From contig OZ244212.1 in the NCBI GenBank assembly GCA_965216695.1, forward strand, positions 4,128,035 to 4,192,034: a stretch of DNA of 64,000 nucleotides, in the 5' to 3' direction. The notes under the pieces are model-generated. The model did not search any database. It worked only from the letters and a program-made list of their open reading frames with translations, and was not told where the DNA came from. Of the stretch, positions 17,896 through 25,278 are shown piece by piece; within the stretch, counting starts at the first letter, position 1, and every line of letters begins with the position of its first letter. The position numbers were made by a program, and so were the translations under genes. This DNA is from Candidatus Azotimanducaceae bacterium (GTDB lineage Bacteria > Pseudomonadota > Gammaproteobacteria > Pseudomonadales > Azotimanducaceae).

Positions 17896-18330
17896 TCACG
17901 CGGTCGGGATGACCGACACCTGTTCCACGATGATTCGGCGTTCGCTCAGCAGCCACTGGCCGTCGCGCCGTATCAACCGGTCTTCATAGCGTCCGCCGGC
18001 GAGGGAACGCGCGCCGGTATCCGGGTCGATCGAGTCGGCGTCCAGGTAGCACACAGACGTTGCGCTGTCGCCTTCAATGTTGATCATCGCGGTGGAGATC
18101 TTGTGCCGCAAGCCGGTGACGGCGGCAGTGGTCGTGCGGCGGTAGTTGGTGTACCAGGCTTCGATTGCGGCACGTCCGGCGTGCTTGTCGGTACCCTCGT
18201 ATTCGGGAATCAACACTGCGTCATCGGTAAACAAAGCGATTACGCCTGCCACGTCGCCCCCGTCGAGTTTATGGCAGTAGCCATTGAGTAGCTGCTGAAT
18301 GGCTACCACGTCATGTGCCGTCGTCTCCAT
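17896..18330 (-). CDS. SnoaL-like / NTF2-fold protein
   Basis: Small alpha+beta protein directly upstream of the Rieske gene. The ATG at 18330 has a strong GGAGGA SD; the track start at 18348 is the alternative. Confidence 0.65.
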   Translation of the reverse strand: METTAHDVVAIQQLLNGYCHKLDGGDVAGVIALFTDDAVLIPEYEGTDKHAGRAAIEAWYTNYRRTTTAAVTGLRHKISTAMINIEGDSATSVCYLDADSIDPDTGARSLAGGRYEDRLIRRDGQWLLSERRIIVEQVSVIPTA

Positions 18331-18399
18331 AGTGTCCTCCGATTTCATAATTTGTGTGAGTCGTTTGGATTATCTTCGTGATCTTCCCGCGCTCGCTGC

Positions 18400-19830
18400 T
18401 TAACCAGGTCGATCCTCCTCGTCGGCCGCGGCGAGCGCCGTTCGAACGCCTGAGTATTGTGGCTGATCGATGAGTGCCTGCGTGAGTGTCGCAAATCGCA
18501 GGTAGTCCTGCAGCGCCGCATCAGTCAGACGCACATTCCCCGCGCGTAGCCGCCGGCACAACAGCTCTTTCAGTGTGACGTAGTCGCCGCGCGTTTCCAG
18601 CAGGTCTTCGAGCAGAGCTGTCTCTCGGGTTCGGTACGCGGATCCGTATTCGCTGTCGCGTTGCAGAATATCGAGAGAATTTGCGGCGACGCGCGCGAGA
18701 AACTGGGTTCTTCCGGTGGTAGACGCCATGACATCGCCGCGTAGAAAGTCGCGGACGCTGGTCAGCAATTCATCGTTGCGAGGCATGCTCTTGTCGCGCG
18801 TGGCTGCGCCCACCTCCGGCAACGCTACCGTGCCAGGAATCAACAGGTTCGCGCAATCGATCTGGCACTCCGAACTGCGCCGGCCGATGGCGGGACGCTC
18901 GACGGTTGCGTCCGGGCCCGTACGGTAATGTTCCGCCATCGTAAGGCAGCCGATGGCCCAGCTGAAGGAGCCGTAGACGATCCAGAACGCAACGCGTTGG
19001 GCATCTACCGCTTTGCCGCTGATCGCGCTGTACCCGGCAAAAAGATCGTCGAGATTGCCGAACCCGCCCACGGTTTGTTGCGTGTTTCCAAACCGCCACG
19101 AGTTGGTGCACAGCCAGCCAAGGTCGCGCATCGGATCGCCGACGTGGGCGCCTTCCCAATCCAGTACGCCAACGATTCCGTCCTGCGGCGTTACCATCAA
19201 ATTGCCATTACGGAAATCGCCGTGGACAAGCCGCAGGTCGCTGTGTTCGGGCAGATTGTCCAGCAACCATCGGGCCGTGTAGTCGATCATTGGCTGCGGC
19301 GTATCAAACGTCTGGTAGCGATCCCACGCCAAACGAATGACGTCGCCCGTGTCGCGCTGTTCGAGTTTACTTCGCAGACCACCTTGGTCGACGTCGATCG
19401 CGTGGATGCGGGCCAGTAGCTCGCCGCATTGGTATGCGAGCTTGCCGCGGATGTCGGCAAAGGCGTCGCCGCGAGCAATGCGCGCGCCAAGCGTCTCGCC
19501 GTCAAGCCACTGCATGACGAATCCGGGCCCGAGGTCGTCTGAGGGTTGCAGTACGTAGTGGACGTCCGGCTCCGGGACCCCGGCGTTGGCCGCGGCGCGG
19601 AAGAGGGCGGCTTCTACTTCAAGTCCGGGTTGGCCGGGCGCTTGTTCACTGACGACGCCCCCGGCGGCGCGGCGCAGGCACAGTGGCATGTCGCCCGCGG
19701 CGGTTTCGATAACGAGTCGATAAGTTTCCTGATTGGCGCCGCCGGAAAGGCGTTCACAGTGCTGCAGCGAGACAAACCCACCAATCTCCCGCGACAGGAT
19801 GGTTTCCAGGGCTGGCTCGATGGTGTTCAT
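18400..19830 (-). CDS. phosphotransferase (APH/choline kinase-like) family protein with extra C-terminal domain
   Basis: Kinase catalytic loop LVHGDFRNGNLMV and VLDWEGAHVGDP. The start was set at MNTIEPALE; the upstream extension would run into the neighbouring divergent gene. Confidence 0.75.
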   Translation of the reverse strand: MNTIEPALETILSREIGGFVSLQHCERLSGGANQETYRLVIETAAGDMPLCLRRAAGGVVSEQAPGQPGLEVEAALFRAAANAGVPEPDVHYVLQPSDDLGPGFVMQWLDGETLGARIARGDAFADIRGKLAYQCGELLARIHAIDVDQGGLRSKLEQRDTGDVIRLAWDRYQTFDTPQPMIDYTARWLLDNLPEHSDLRLVHGDFRNGNLMVTPQDGIVGVLDWEGAHVGDPMRDLGWLCTNSWRFGNTQQTVGGFGNLDDLFAGYSAISGKAVDAQRVAFWIVYGSFSWAIGCLTMAEHYRTGPDATVERPAIGRRSSECQIDCANLLIPGTVALPEVGAATRDKSMPRNDELLTSVRDFLRGDVMASTTGRTQFLARVAANSLDILQRDSEYGSAYRTRETALLEDLLETRGDYVTLKELLCRRLRAGNVRLTDAALQDYLRFATLTQALIDQPQYSGVRTALAAADEEDRPG

Positions 19831-19968
19831 CGGATGCTCGCAAGGATAGTTAGTGGACGGATGCTTAGTATAGTCGTCTTGCGCCAATCTGCCGCCAGGC
19901 GCACGGCGCCTTGGTATCTGTGTTCTGTGCGCTGATTGCATACGAGATTCTCGCTACACTGCCAAGCG

Positions 19969-22209
19969 ATGACCACCGCTGAGACATCCGGTACACCAAC
20001 TCCCGCCTATGAAGGAGAGGGCGGGTTCGTATTCGTGTGCTACTCGCACGAGGATTCGGATTCCGTTTATCAGGCGATAAGCATCCTCACCGATGCCGAC
20101 GTCAACGTGTGGTACGACGAGGGCATTCGTCCAGGTGCCGAATGGACCGACGAGCTAGCGAATGCCATTACTAATTGTGATCGGTTCCTTTTTTTTGCCA
20201 CTCCGCGCTCCGTCGATTCACGTCACTGCCGTAACGAGATTCAGTTTGCGATCAACTGCGACAAGGAAATTCTCGTTGTGTATCTTGAAGCGACGCAGCT
20301 GACGCCGGGTCTGGAACTGGCGTTGGGGTGGCGACAGGCGCTGATTCGATCGCAACTCGACGAGTCCACGTACGCGCGGCGCCTGGTGGCCGCCGTATCC
20401 GCGTCCAGTGATAGCGACGACATGGCCAAGTCCGGGCCGACCGGAACGCGCGGCGTGGTGACGCGCCGATGGGGTCGCCGCGCCGTCGCATGGATTGCGG
20501 TGCTCGGGGTGGTTCTCAGTGGCGTGCTGTATTGGATACTGGGTGCGCGTACGCCGTTACGAGCGTCCGGGCAGTCGACGTCGATCGCGATGCTGCCGTT
20601 GCAGAACCTCGGCGGCTTCGCAGACGATACGTACTTTCCAGACAGTTTCTCGGAGGATCTGCTCAATCGACTAGTGTCGGTGGAAGGTCTGTCCGTGGTG
20701 TCGCGGAGGGCATCTTTCGGGTTTCGCGAGACCCCGGGCAACCGTATAGATCTTGCGGAGGTTGCCGTCACGCTCGGCGTACGCAATATCTTGTCGGGTT
20801 ACGTTAGAAAAGTTCAAGACTCGTTGCACCTGAGTCTGGAGCTGGTGGAAGTGAAAGACGATTTGCCCACTATCCGTTGGAGCAAACGATACGAAGATCG
20901 ACCGATGTCGGAAGTACTCGCAATCCAGGCTGAGGTAACCAGGTTGGTGGCTTCAGAGTTTTTCCCTGGGGGCTTGAGCGATGAAACCCGGGTTCGCGTC
21001 GCTAATCACTCCACTGACAATGTGGAAGCGTACAACAGCTATCTCGAGGCGCGTGGCATTCTGCGAAAGCCCCTGAACGCCGCGCTCATAGATCGTGCGG
21101 CCGCGCTGTTCGATGCGGCAGTTGCGCTCGATCCGGAGTTTGCCTGGGCACGCGCCGGATTGTGCTCGACATACACGCTCGAGTACCGGCGTGAGGGAAC
21201 CTTCGCCAACGCGACGAACGCATGCGAAGCCCTGACGGGGTATGCGGTGGAACTTTTCGAAGTTCGACTCGCGTTGGGTGAATACCTGGTGGAAATTGGC
21301 GAAACGGAACGCGCCGTGACGGAACTTCAGGGCGCGGTGCAACTGAATCCGAACTCGGCGGATGCGCGAATCGGACTCGCGCGATCTCTCGCCGCGCGAT
21401 TTACAGCGAACAACACCGAGCTGGACCGGGTGCGTGCCGAAGAAGCGTATCTAGAAGGGATAGCGCTCGAGCCGACCTACTGGTTTGCACATCATGCGTA
21501 TGCGAGCTATCTGATCTCGCGTGGCGAGCTCGACGAGGCCCAGAGACAACTCGAACGATCGCTTGAACTGGAACCGGACAACCCATCCACGTCGAATAAT
21601 CTTGCGAATGTTTTGTTTCGCAAGGGAGAGAACGATGCGGCCGTCTTGATCTGGAACGCGGTGCTTGAGAAGGACGCCGGCAACCGATGGGCACACAGCG
21701 GCCTTGGCATACTGCACCACTATGATCGTGAGTTCTCGAAGGCAATAGATCATTTTCGTAGCGCCATCGATGCGGCGGGTGCCGATCACCAACTGTGGGG
21801 GCGTCTCGGTGAATCCGCTCGGCTGCTTCCTGATCGGCAGGTGGAATCACAGAAAGCGTTCGGCGAAGCGATAGCGTTAGCGCGCGAGTCGTTGCAGTTT
21901 GATCCCCGGGACTGGCAGACAAAGGGCTACATAGCCCTCTACTCGGCGTATTTGGGCGATTTTGAAACGGCAGAGGCGTCTCTCAAAGAGATGTTTGCGC
22001 TGAATTCGAGTCGAGAGCCGATGACGCACTACTGGGCCGCGTTGATTGCGTACGAGCAGGGCGAGCTGGAACGGACGTTCGCGGAGCTGGAGCAGGCTCT
22101 GCGATCGGGTTTCGACCAACAGAAGAAGTTTATCGCAGACGAGCCCGCGCTCGATGCACTTCGCGCAGAAGCGCCGGAAAGGTTTGATGCGCTAATTCGA
22201 CGCTTCTGA
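19969..22209 (+). CDS. TIR domain - TM - TolB-N-like - TPR receptor-like protein
   Basis: N-terminal TIR_2-type sequence FVFVCYSHEDSDSVYQAI...VNVWYDEGIRPGAEW...FLFFATPRSVDSRHCRNEIQFA. One TM follows (AVAWIAVLGVVLSGVLYWIL), then SIAMLPLQNLGG...YFPDSFSEDLL (as in the CadC-like paralogue) and about 400 aa of TPR repeats. Confidence 0.8.
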   Translation: MTTAETSGTPTPAYEGEGGFVFVCYSHEDSDSVYQAISILTDADVNVWYDEGIRPGAEWTDELANAITNCDRFLFFATPRSVDSRHCRNEIQFAINCDKEILVVYLEATQLTPGLELALGWRQALIRSQLDESTYARRLVAAVSASSDSDDMAKSGPTGTRGVVTRRWGRRAVAWIAVLGVVLSGVLYWILGARTPLRASGQSTSIAMLPLQNLGGFADDTYFPDSFSEDLLNRLVSVEGLSVVSRRASFGFRETPGNRIDLAEVAVTLGVRNILSGYVRKVQDSLHLSLELVEVKDDLPTIRWSKRYEDRPMSEVLAIQAEVTRLVASEFFPGGLSDETRVRVANHSTDNVEAYNSYLEARGILRKPLNAALIDRAAALFDAAVALDPEFAWARAGLCSTYTLEYRREGTFANATNACEALTGYAVELFEVRLALGEYLVEIGETERAVTELQGAVQLNPNSADARIGLARSLAARFTANNTELDRVRAEEAYLEGIALEPTYWFAHHAYASYLISRGELDEAQRQLERSLELEPDNPSTSNNLANVLFRKGENDAAVLIWNAVLEKDAGNRWAHSGLGILHHYDREFSKAIDHFRSAIDAAGADHQLWGRLGESARLLPDRQVESQKAFGEAIALARESLQFDPRDWQTKGYIALYSAYLGDFETAEASLKEMFALNSSREPMTHYWAALIAYEQGELERTFAELEQALRSGFDQQKKFIADEPALDALRAEAPERFDALIRRF

Positions 22210-22304
22210 TGCTGCGTGCATTGCGGCTGGAGCCGGCCGATCCAACGACTTGATTTCGTTGAACCTCGGGCGCAGACTGATCGCGAATGCCAGAGGGGAA
22301 TGAG

Positions 22305-22472
22305 ATGACAGAACTTCTTGAATCGAGCGACGGGACAAGTCGCTTCCGTCAATTTTTGCAAATGATCGGTGACGACGACAAGCCGAAACCGGGACCGCCC
22401 GATGACGTGCCGAAACCGGGGCCTCCGGACGACGTGCCGAAACCCGGCCCGCCGCCGACTGACCCGCACTGA
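22305..22472 (+). CDS. Pro-rich tandem-repeat microprotein (55 aa), hypothetical
   Basis: A GAGGGG SD lies ~7 nt before ATG 22305. The product is MTELLESSDGTSRFRQFLQMIGDDDKPKPGPPDDVPKPGPPDDVPKPGPPPTDPH. It starts 96 nt after the TIR gene stop on the same strand. Confidence 0.35.
   Translation: MTELLESSDGTSRFRQFLQMIGDDDKPKPGPPDDVPKPGPPDDVPKPGPPPTDPH
22383..22460 (+). repeat. 2.9 x 27-nt tandem repeat encoding (P)KPGPPDDV units
   Basis: CCGAAACCGGGACCGCCCGATGACGTG (22383-22409), CCGAAACCGGGGCCTCCGGACGACGTG (22410-22436), and the partial unit CCGAAACCCGGCCCGCCGCCGACT. Confidence 0.8.
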
Positions 22473-22478
22473 TTGCGC

Positions 22479-22503
22479 CGTGGCGTTTCGCGGAGACGCC
22501 GCG
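22479..22503. terminator. possible bidirectional hairpin between convergent transcription units
   Basis: CGTGGCGT (22479-22486) pairs with ACGCCGCG (22496-22503), 8 bp including one G-U, with a 9-nt loop. It lies between the stops at 22472 and 22504. No T-tract. Confidence 0.3.
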
Positions 22504-23292
22504 TCAAACGGTAAACGGGGCCTCGGCGTCGTATTCTTCTGAGTGGGCGCCGAGCCGTGCGAGCACAGGTTTTTGTTTGTCCGGCATCAACGCGTACATA
22601 CGCTCGAAGAGTCCCGGGTAACCTCCAGCAGATGTATCATCCAGGGCGTCAAGCAGCGCGGAGGTCAGGCGTCCGTGCTGCCGGGTGCTGTTCTCGTAAG
22701 AGAGCTGATCTTCGTGACACCCGGCAAAGTGCGTAATAAACGCGCCTACGGGTTCTCTGGGTGGGAGCTCCTTGCGAATCCTCGAATACATTTCGGGGTC
22801 GAGATAACGAATGATCTCGCTCGTATCGTCGTCCATGGCTTTTGCGACATCGTCGTCGCTGCCGCGGAGCATCGAGCCTGAGTGACAACAGTCTGTAATG
22901 AAAAGGACGCGTACACCGGGCTGAAACGTTTGCCACAACGCGTACAGTTCGTCGTCAATCAACTGTCCATCGTGAAGACACATCGTTTCGTCCTTCCCGT
23001 TTTCTTCGTCCCCGTCCTTGTCCCGCGTCCGGTTACCGTGCCCAGAATAATAGAGAACGAACAGATCGCCTGATGTAAGCGTTTTTGCGGCGGAGCGGAT
23101 TTCGGAAACGACTCGGTCCTTCGTACCGTCTTTGGAGAGCAGGATGGTATTTGTTAACCCGTGCGCTGCGGTGACGTCGGCGACTGCTAACGCGTCACGC
23201 TCGGCAAATCGGAGCTTGCCGTCCCATTCGCCGCCGTAACTGTTTTTGTCGCACAGGTTCATGCCGACAAGGCATGCAAGACCTTTTTTCAT
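22504..23292 (-). CDS. peptidase C14 caspase-family protein (orthocaspase), stand-alone catalytic domain
   Basis: Catalytic His context LFVLYYSGHGNR and catalytic Cys context VLFITDCCHSGS. GAGGAG SD upstream. No signal peptide and no accessory domain. Confidence 0.85.
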   Translation of the reverse strand: MKKGLACLVGMNLCDKNSYGGEWDGKLRFAERDALAVADVTAAHGLTNTILLSKDGTKDRVVSEIRSAAKTLTSGDLFVLYYSGHGNRTRDKDGDEENGKDETMCLHDGQLIDDELYALWQTFQPGVRVLFITDCCHSGSMLRGSDDDVAKAMDDDTSEIIRYLDPEMYSRIRKELPPREPVGAFITHFAGCHEDQLSYENSTRQHGRLTSALLDALDDTSAGGYPGLFERMYALMPDKQKPVLARLGAHSEEYDAEAPFTV

Positions 23293-23334
23293 TCGCGTTC
23301 TCCTCGTAATGTATTCATGACGTGTGGTTGGATG

Positions 23335-24120
23335 TCACTGGCAGCGGCTTTTCTCCCAACGGATGTCTAACGCTACGCGTTCATTTGGCGCCTCCAGCGT
23401 CTCCGCCCGACGCAACCACAAACATACATTCTCAGCGGGCAGGTCGCAGACAAGTTGGGGAAGGCCGGCGTTGCGACGTTGGCATACGCCGGATTGAGCC
23501 AGGTTGGTGGTCAAAAAATTTCGGCCTGTCAGCACGATGGTCTGTTCGAGGTCGCTCGTAAGGAAGTGAGCGTGAAACGTCGCGAGACATCGGTCTGCCG
23601 TGCATGGCTCATCGGAACCGACGAGCGTCAATTTGAAATTTGCGTCAGGCACGGCCCAGAATTCGTCGTTCGTATTCACGAACGCCGAGCGGTGCCAGGT
23701 GGGCACGGCGCCCGCCGCATTCATTCGGACCGCAGACGGGAGAATATAAATGTCACCGTCTCGCGTTCCGGAATGTTCGTGGATGGGTGCATAGGGGTGT
23801 TCGTGAGCGGGTGCGTAAGGATGCTCGTGGGCTGGTGCGTAGGGGTGGTCGTGCACGAGCGCGTACTGGTCGTGGCGGTGTGTCTTGCTTACCGGGTCGG
23901 GGGCTGTCAGTAACGGCCACGCGACCGACAGTGGGATGTAGATCGCGGCGATCGTGCCCCCCCAGACCATGACGTTCCGGACAACCTGTTCCCAGCGTCG
24001 CGCGGACGCCTGCACCGATTCGGACCTTTGGCTCAGGATTGCTATTTCCGTGTCCGAGCGCTTTTGGTCCTGCGCAGGGGCAGGGTCATTCGGGTTGGGG
24101 TCTTTGTTGTGTTCGTTCAT
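23335..24120 (-). CDS. single-pass membrane protein with His-rich octapeptide repeats and Cys-rich C-terminal domain, hypothetical
   Basis: The start ATG 24120 overlaps the upstream stop (ATGA). A charged N-terminus is followed by one TM (VMVWGGTIAAIYIPLSVAWPLL), then HDHPYAPAHEHPYAPAHEHPYAPIHEH, then a ~150-aa domain with six Cys. Confidence 0.6.
   Translation of the reverse strand: MNEHNKDPNPNDPAPAQDQKRSDTEIAILSQRSESVQASARRWEQVVRNVMVWGGTIAAIYIPLSVAWPLLTAPDPVSKTHRHDQYALVHDHPYAPAHEHPYAPAHEHPYAPIHEHSGTRDGDIYILPSAVRMNAAGAVPTWHRSAFVNTNDEFWAVPDANFKLTLVGSDEPCTADRCLATFHAHFLTSDLEQTIVLTGRNFLTTNLAQSGVCQRRNAGLPQLVCDLPAENVCLWLRRAETLEAPNERVALDIRWEKSRCQ
23773..23844 (-). repeat. 3 x 24-nt tandem repeat encoding HEHPYAPA units
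   Basis: Plus-strand units at 23773-23796, 23797-23820 and 23821-23844 (e.g. GTGTTCGTGAGCGGGTGCGTAAGG), with a degenerate fourth unit following. Confidence 0.8.
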
Positions 24121-25226
24121 TTCGGGGTATCGCCGGTGTGCTCGAGCCATGCGATCAGCTCGGCCACGCGGCCCCTGTCCAGTTCTCGTTCGGCGCGCGC
24201 AGGCGGAAGGAGGCTCACCAGTTTTAGCAGGCGGACAATCACCGGCGCGCCTGCAAATAGACGCAGGTAACCGGCCAGGCGGCCTAAGGTAACCCCGGAG
24301 AGCATGGCCATGATCGCGAACGGTTCGTACTTGCCGATGCCACAGGCGAATGCGGCTAAGAAGCTCCTGTCTTTGGCGTCACAATCACCGTCGTTCAACA
24401 TCCAGCCGAGCAGGTACCAGCCGAGTAACGCCACCGCGAGCCCGAAAAGGACTTTCAGACCGTCGGCCTGCAGGATGCGCTGCCGGTTAGTAACAAGGTC
24501 ACGGATCCGAGTCTGTAGATACAAAGCTTTTCTCGGCGGTGACATGTCGCGTTCCTCGACAGGAATAGGCGCGATGACCTGGTCGAGTATGGATTCGTCA
24601 ACAACTTCGAAGTGGTAAGTCGTTTCCGTAATGCCGTCAAGATCGGCGAGTTGCTGCCGAATTTCTCGAAGCGTCATACCGCGTTGCAGTGCGTCGTAGA
24701 AGAAGGCGGAAAACTCGGCCGCTGCGCTGCTCTGCACAGGTAGCGTTGTGCCTACGATGCAGTCGGCCACGCCTCTCATGTTCCGAGCAAGACCCGCCGA
24801 CCAGCAGCAGTTCAGGACGACTATGCGAATGCCTTTTCCGCGTAGTGCTTCTACCAACCACTCGTTGGGTACGTACTCTCCGAAGATCTTTTCGTCTTTG
24901 AGAATGAGAGCAGCGCCCCACTCGGCCTCCTCAGCCTCAGTCGCAGCGCGTTCGCCGTGACCGCTGAAATGCAGAACAGTCACGGGCCGTTCTGCGAGGT
25001 GGCGGTGAACGTCCTCGCGGCGTACTTCCGGAACCACCTCAAGTTCGACCCGGCCTTCGCTACGTGCGTCGAATAGCGCTTCGGTGACACCGCTGAGTTC
25101 GGGCCACAGATCCAACTTCTCGTATTTCGCAAGCGCTTTTTGACGATCCGGTTCGCCCTGAGCGACAAAGGTATCTGGGTCCGGTTTAACGAACTGGGGG
25201 TTTGCGGTGAGGTAGAGAATTCTCAT
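24117..25226 (-). CDS. CHAT-like caspase-fold protease domain fused to C-terminal transmembrane segments
   Basis: MRILYLTANPQ... followed by VTVLHFSGHG (His) and IRIVVLNCCWSAG (Cys), the spacing and context typical of CHAT domains. The C-terminus has hydrophobic helices (LKVLFGLAVALLGWYLLGWML, FAIMAMLSGVTLGRLAGYL, FAGAPVIVRLLKLVSLL). The start is uncertain; ATG 25313 is the alternative. Confidence 0.7.
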   Translation of the reverse strand: MRILYLTANPQFVKPDPDTFVAQGEPDRQKALAKYEKLDLWPELSGVTEALFDARSEGRVELEVVPEVRREDVHRHLAERPVTVLHFSGHGERAATEAEEAEWGAALILKDEKIFGEYVPNEWLVEALRGKGIRIVVLNCCWSAGLARNMRGVADCIVGTTLPVQSSAAAEFSAFFYDALQRGMTLREIRQQLADLDGITETTYHFEVVDESILDQVIAPIPVEERDMSPPRKALYLQTRIRDLVTNRQRILQADGLKVLFGLAVALLGWYLLGWMLNDGDCDAKDRSFLAAFACGIGKYEPFAIMAMLSGVTLGRLAGYLRLFAGAPVIVRLLKLVSLLPPARAERELDRGRVAELIAWLEHTGDTPK

Positions 25227-25278
25227 TCGTGCGCCATGTGTTGAGTGTCGGAAAGCGGAGCCGCGATGAATCGGTTCA

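Noticed and set aside
23335-24120. Bacterial gasdermin as substrate of the adjacent caspase-fold proteases
   Set aside because: The size is similar, but the protein has a clear internal TM helix, His/Pro repeats and a six-Cys C-terminal domain. It lacks the soluble N-terminal gasdermin-like beta-sheet pattern and N-terminal Cys.
19969-25226. Known TIR or protease defence systems (Thoeris, CBASS, type III-E CRISPR Craspase, Avs/STAND)
   Set aside because: No ThsA-type SIR2/Macro gene, no CD-NTase, no cas genes and no STAND/AAA NTPase is present anywhere in or beside the locus. It therefore does not fit those definitions; a DefenseFinder or PADLOC run is still needed.
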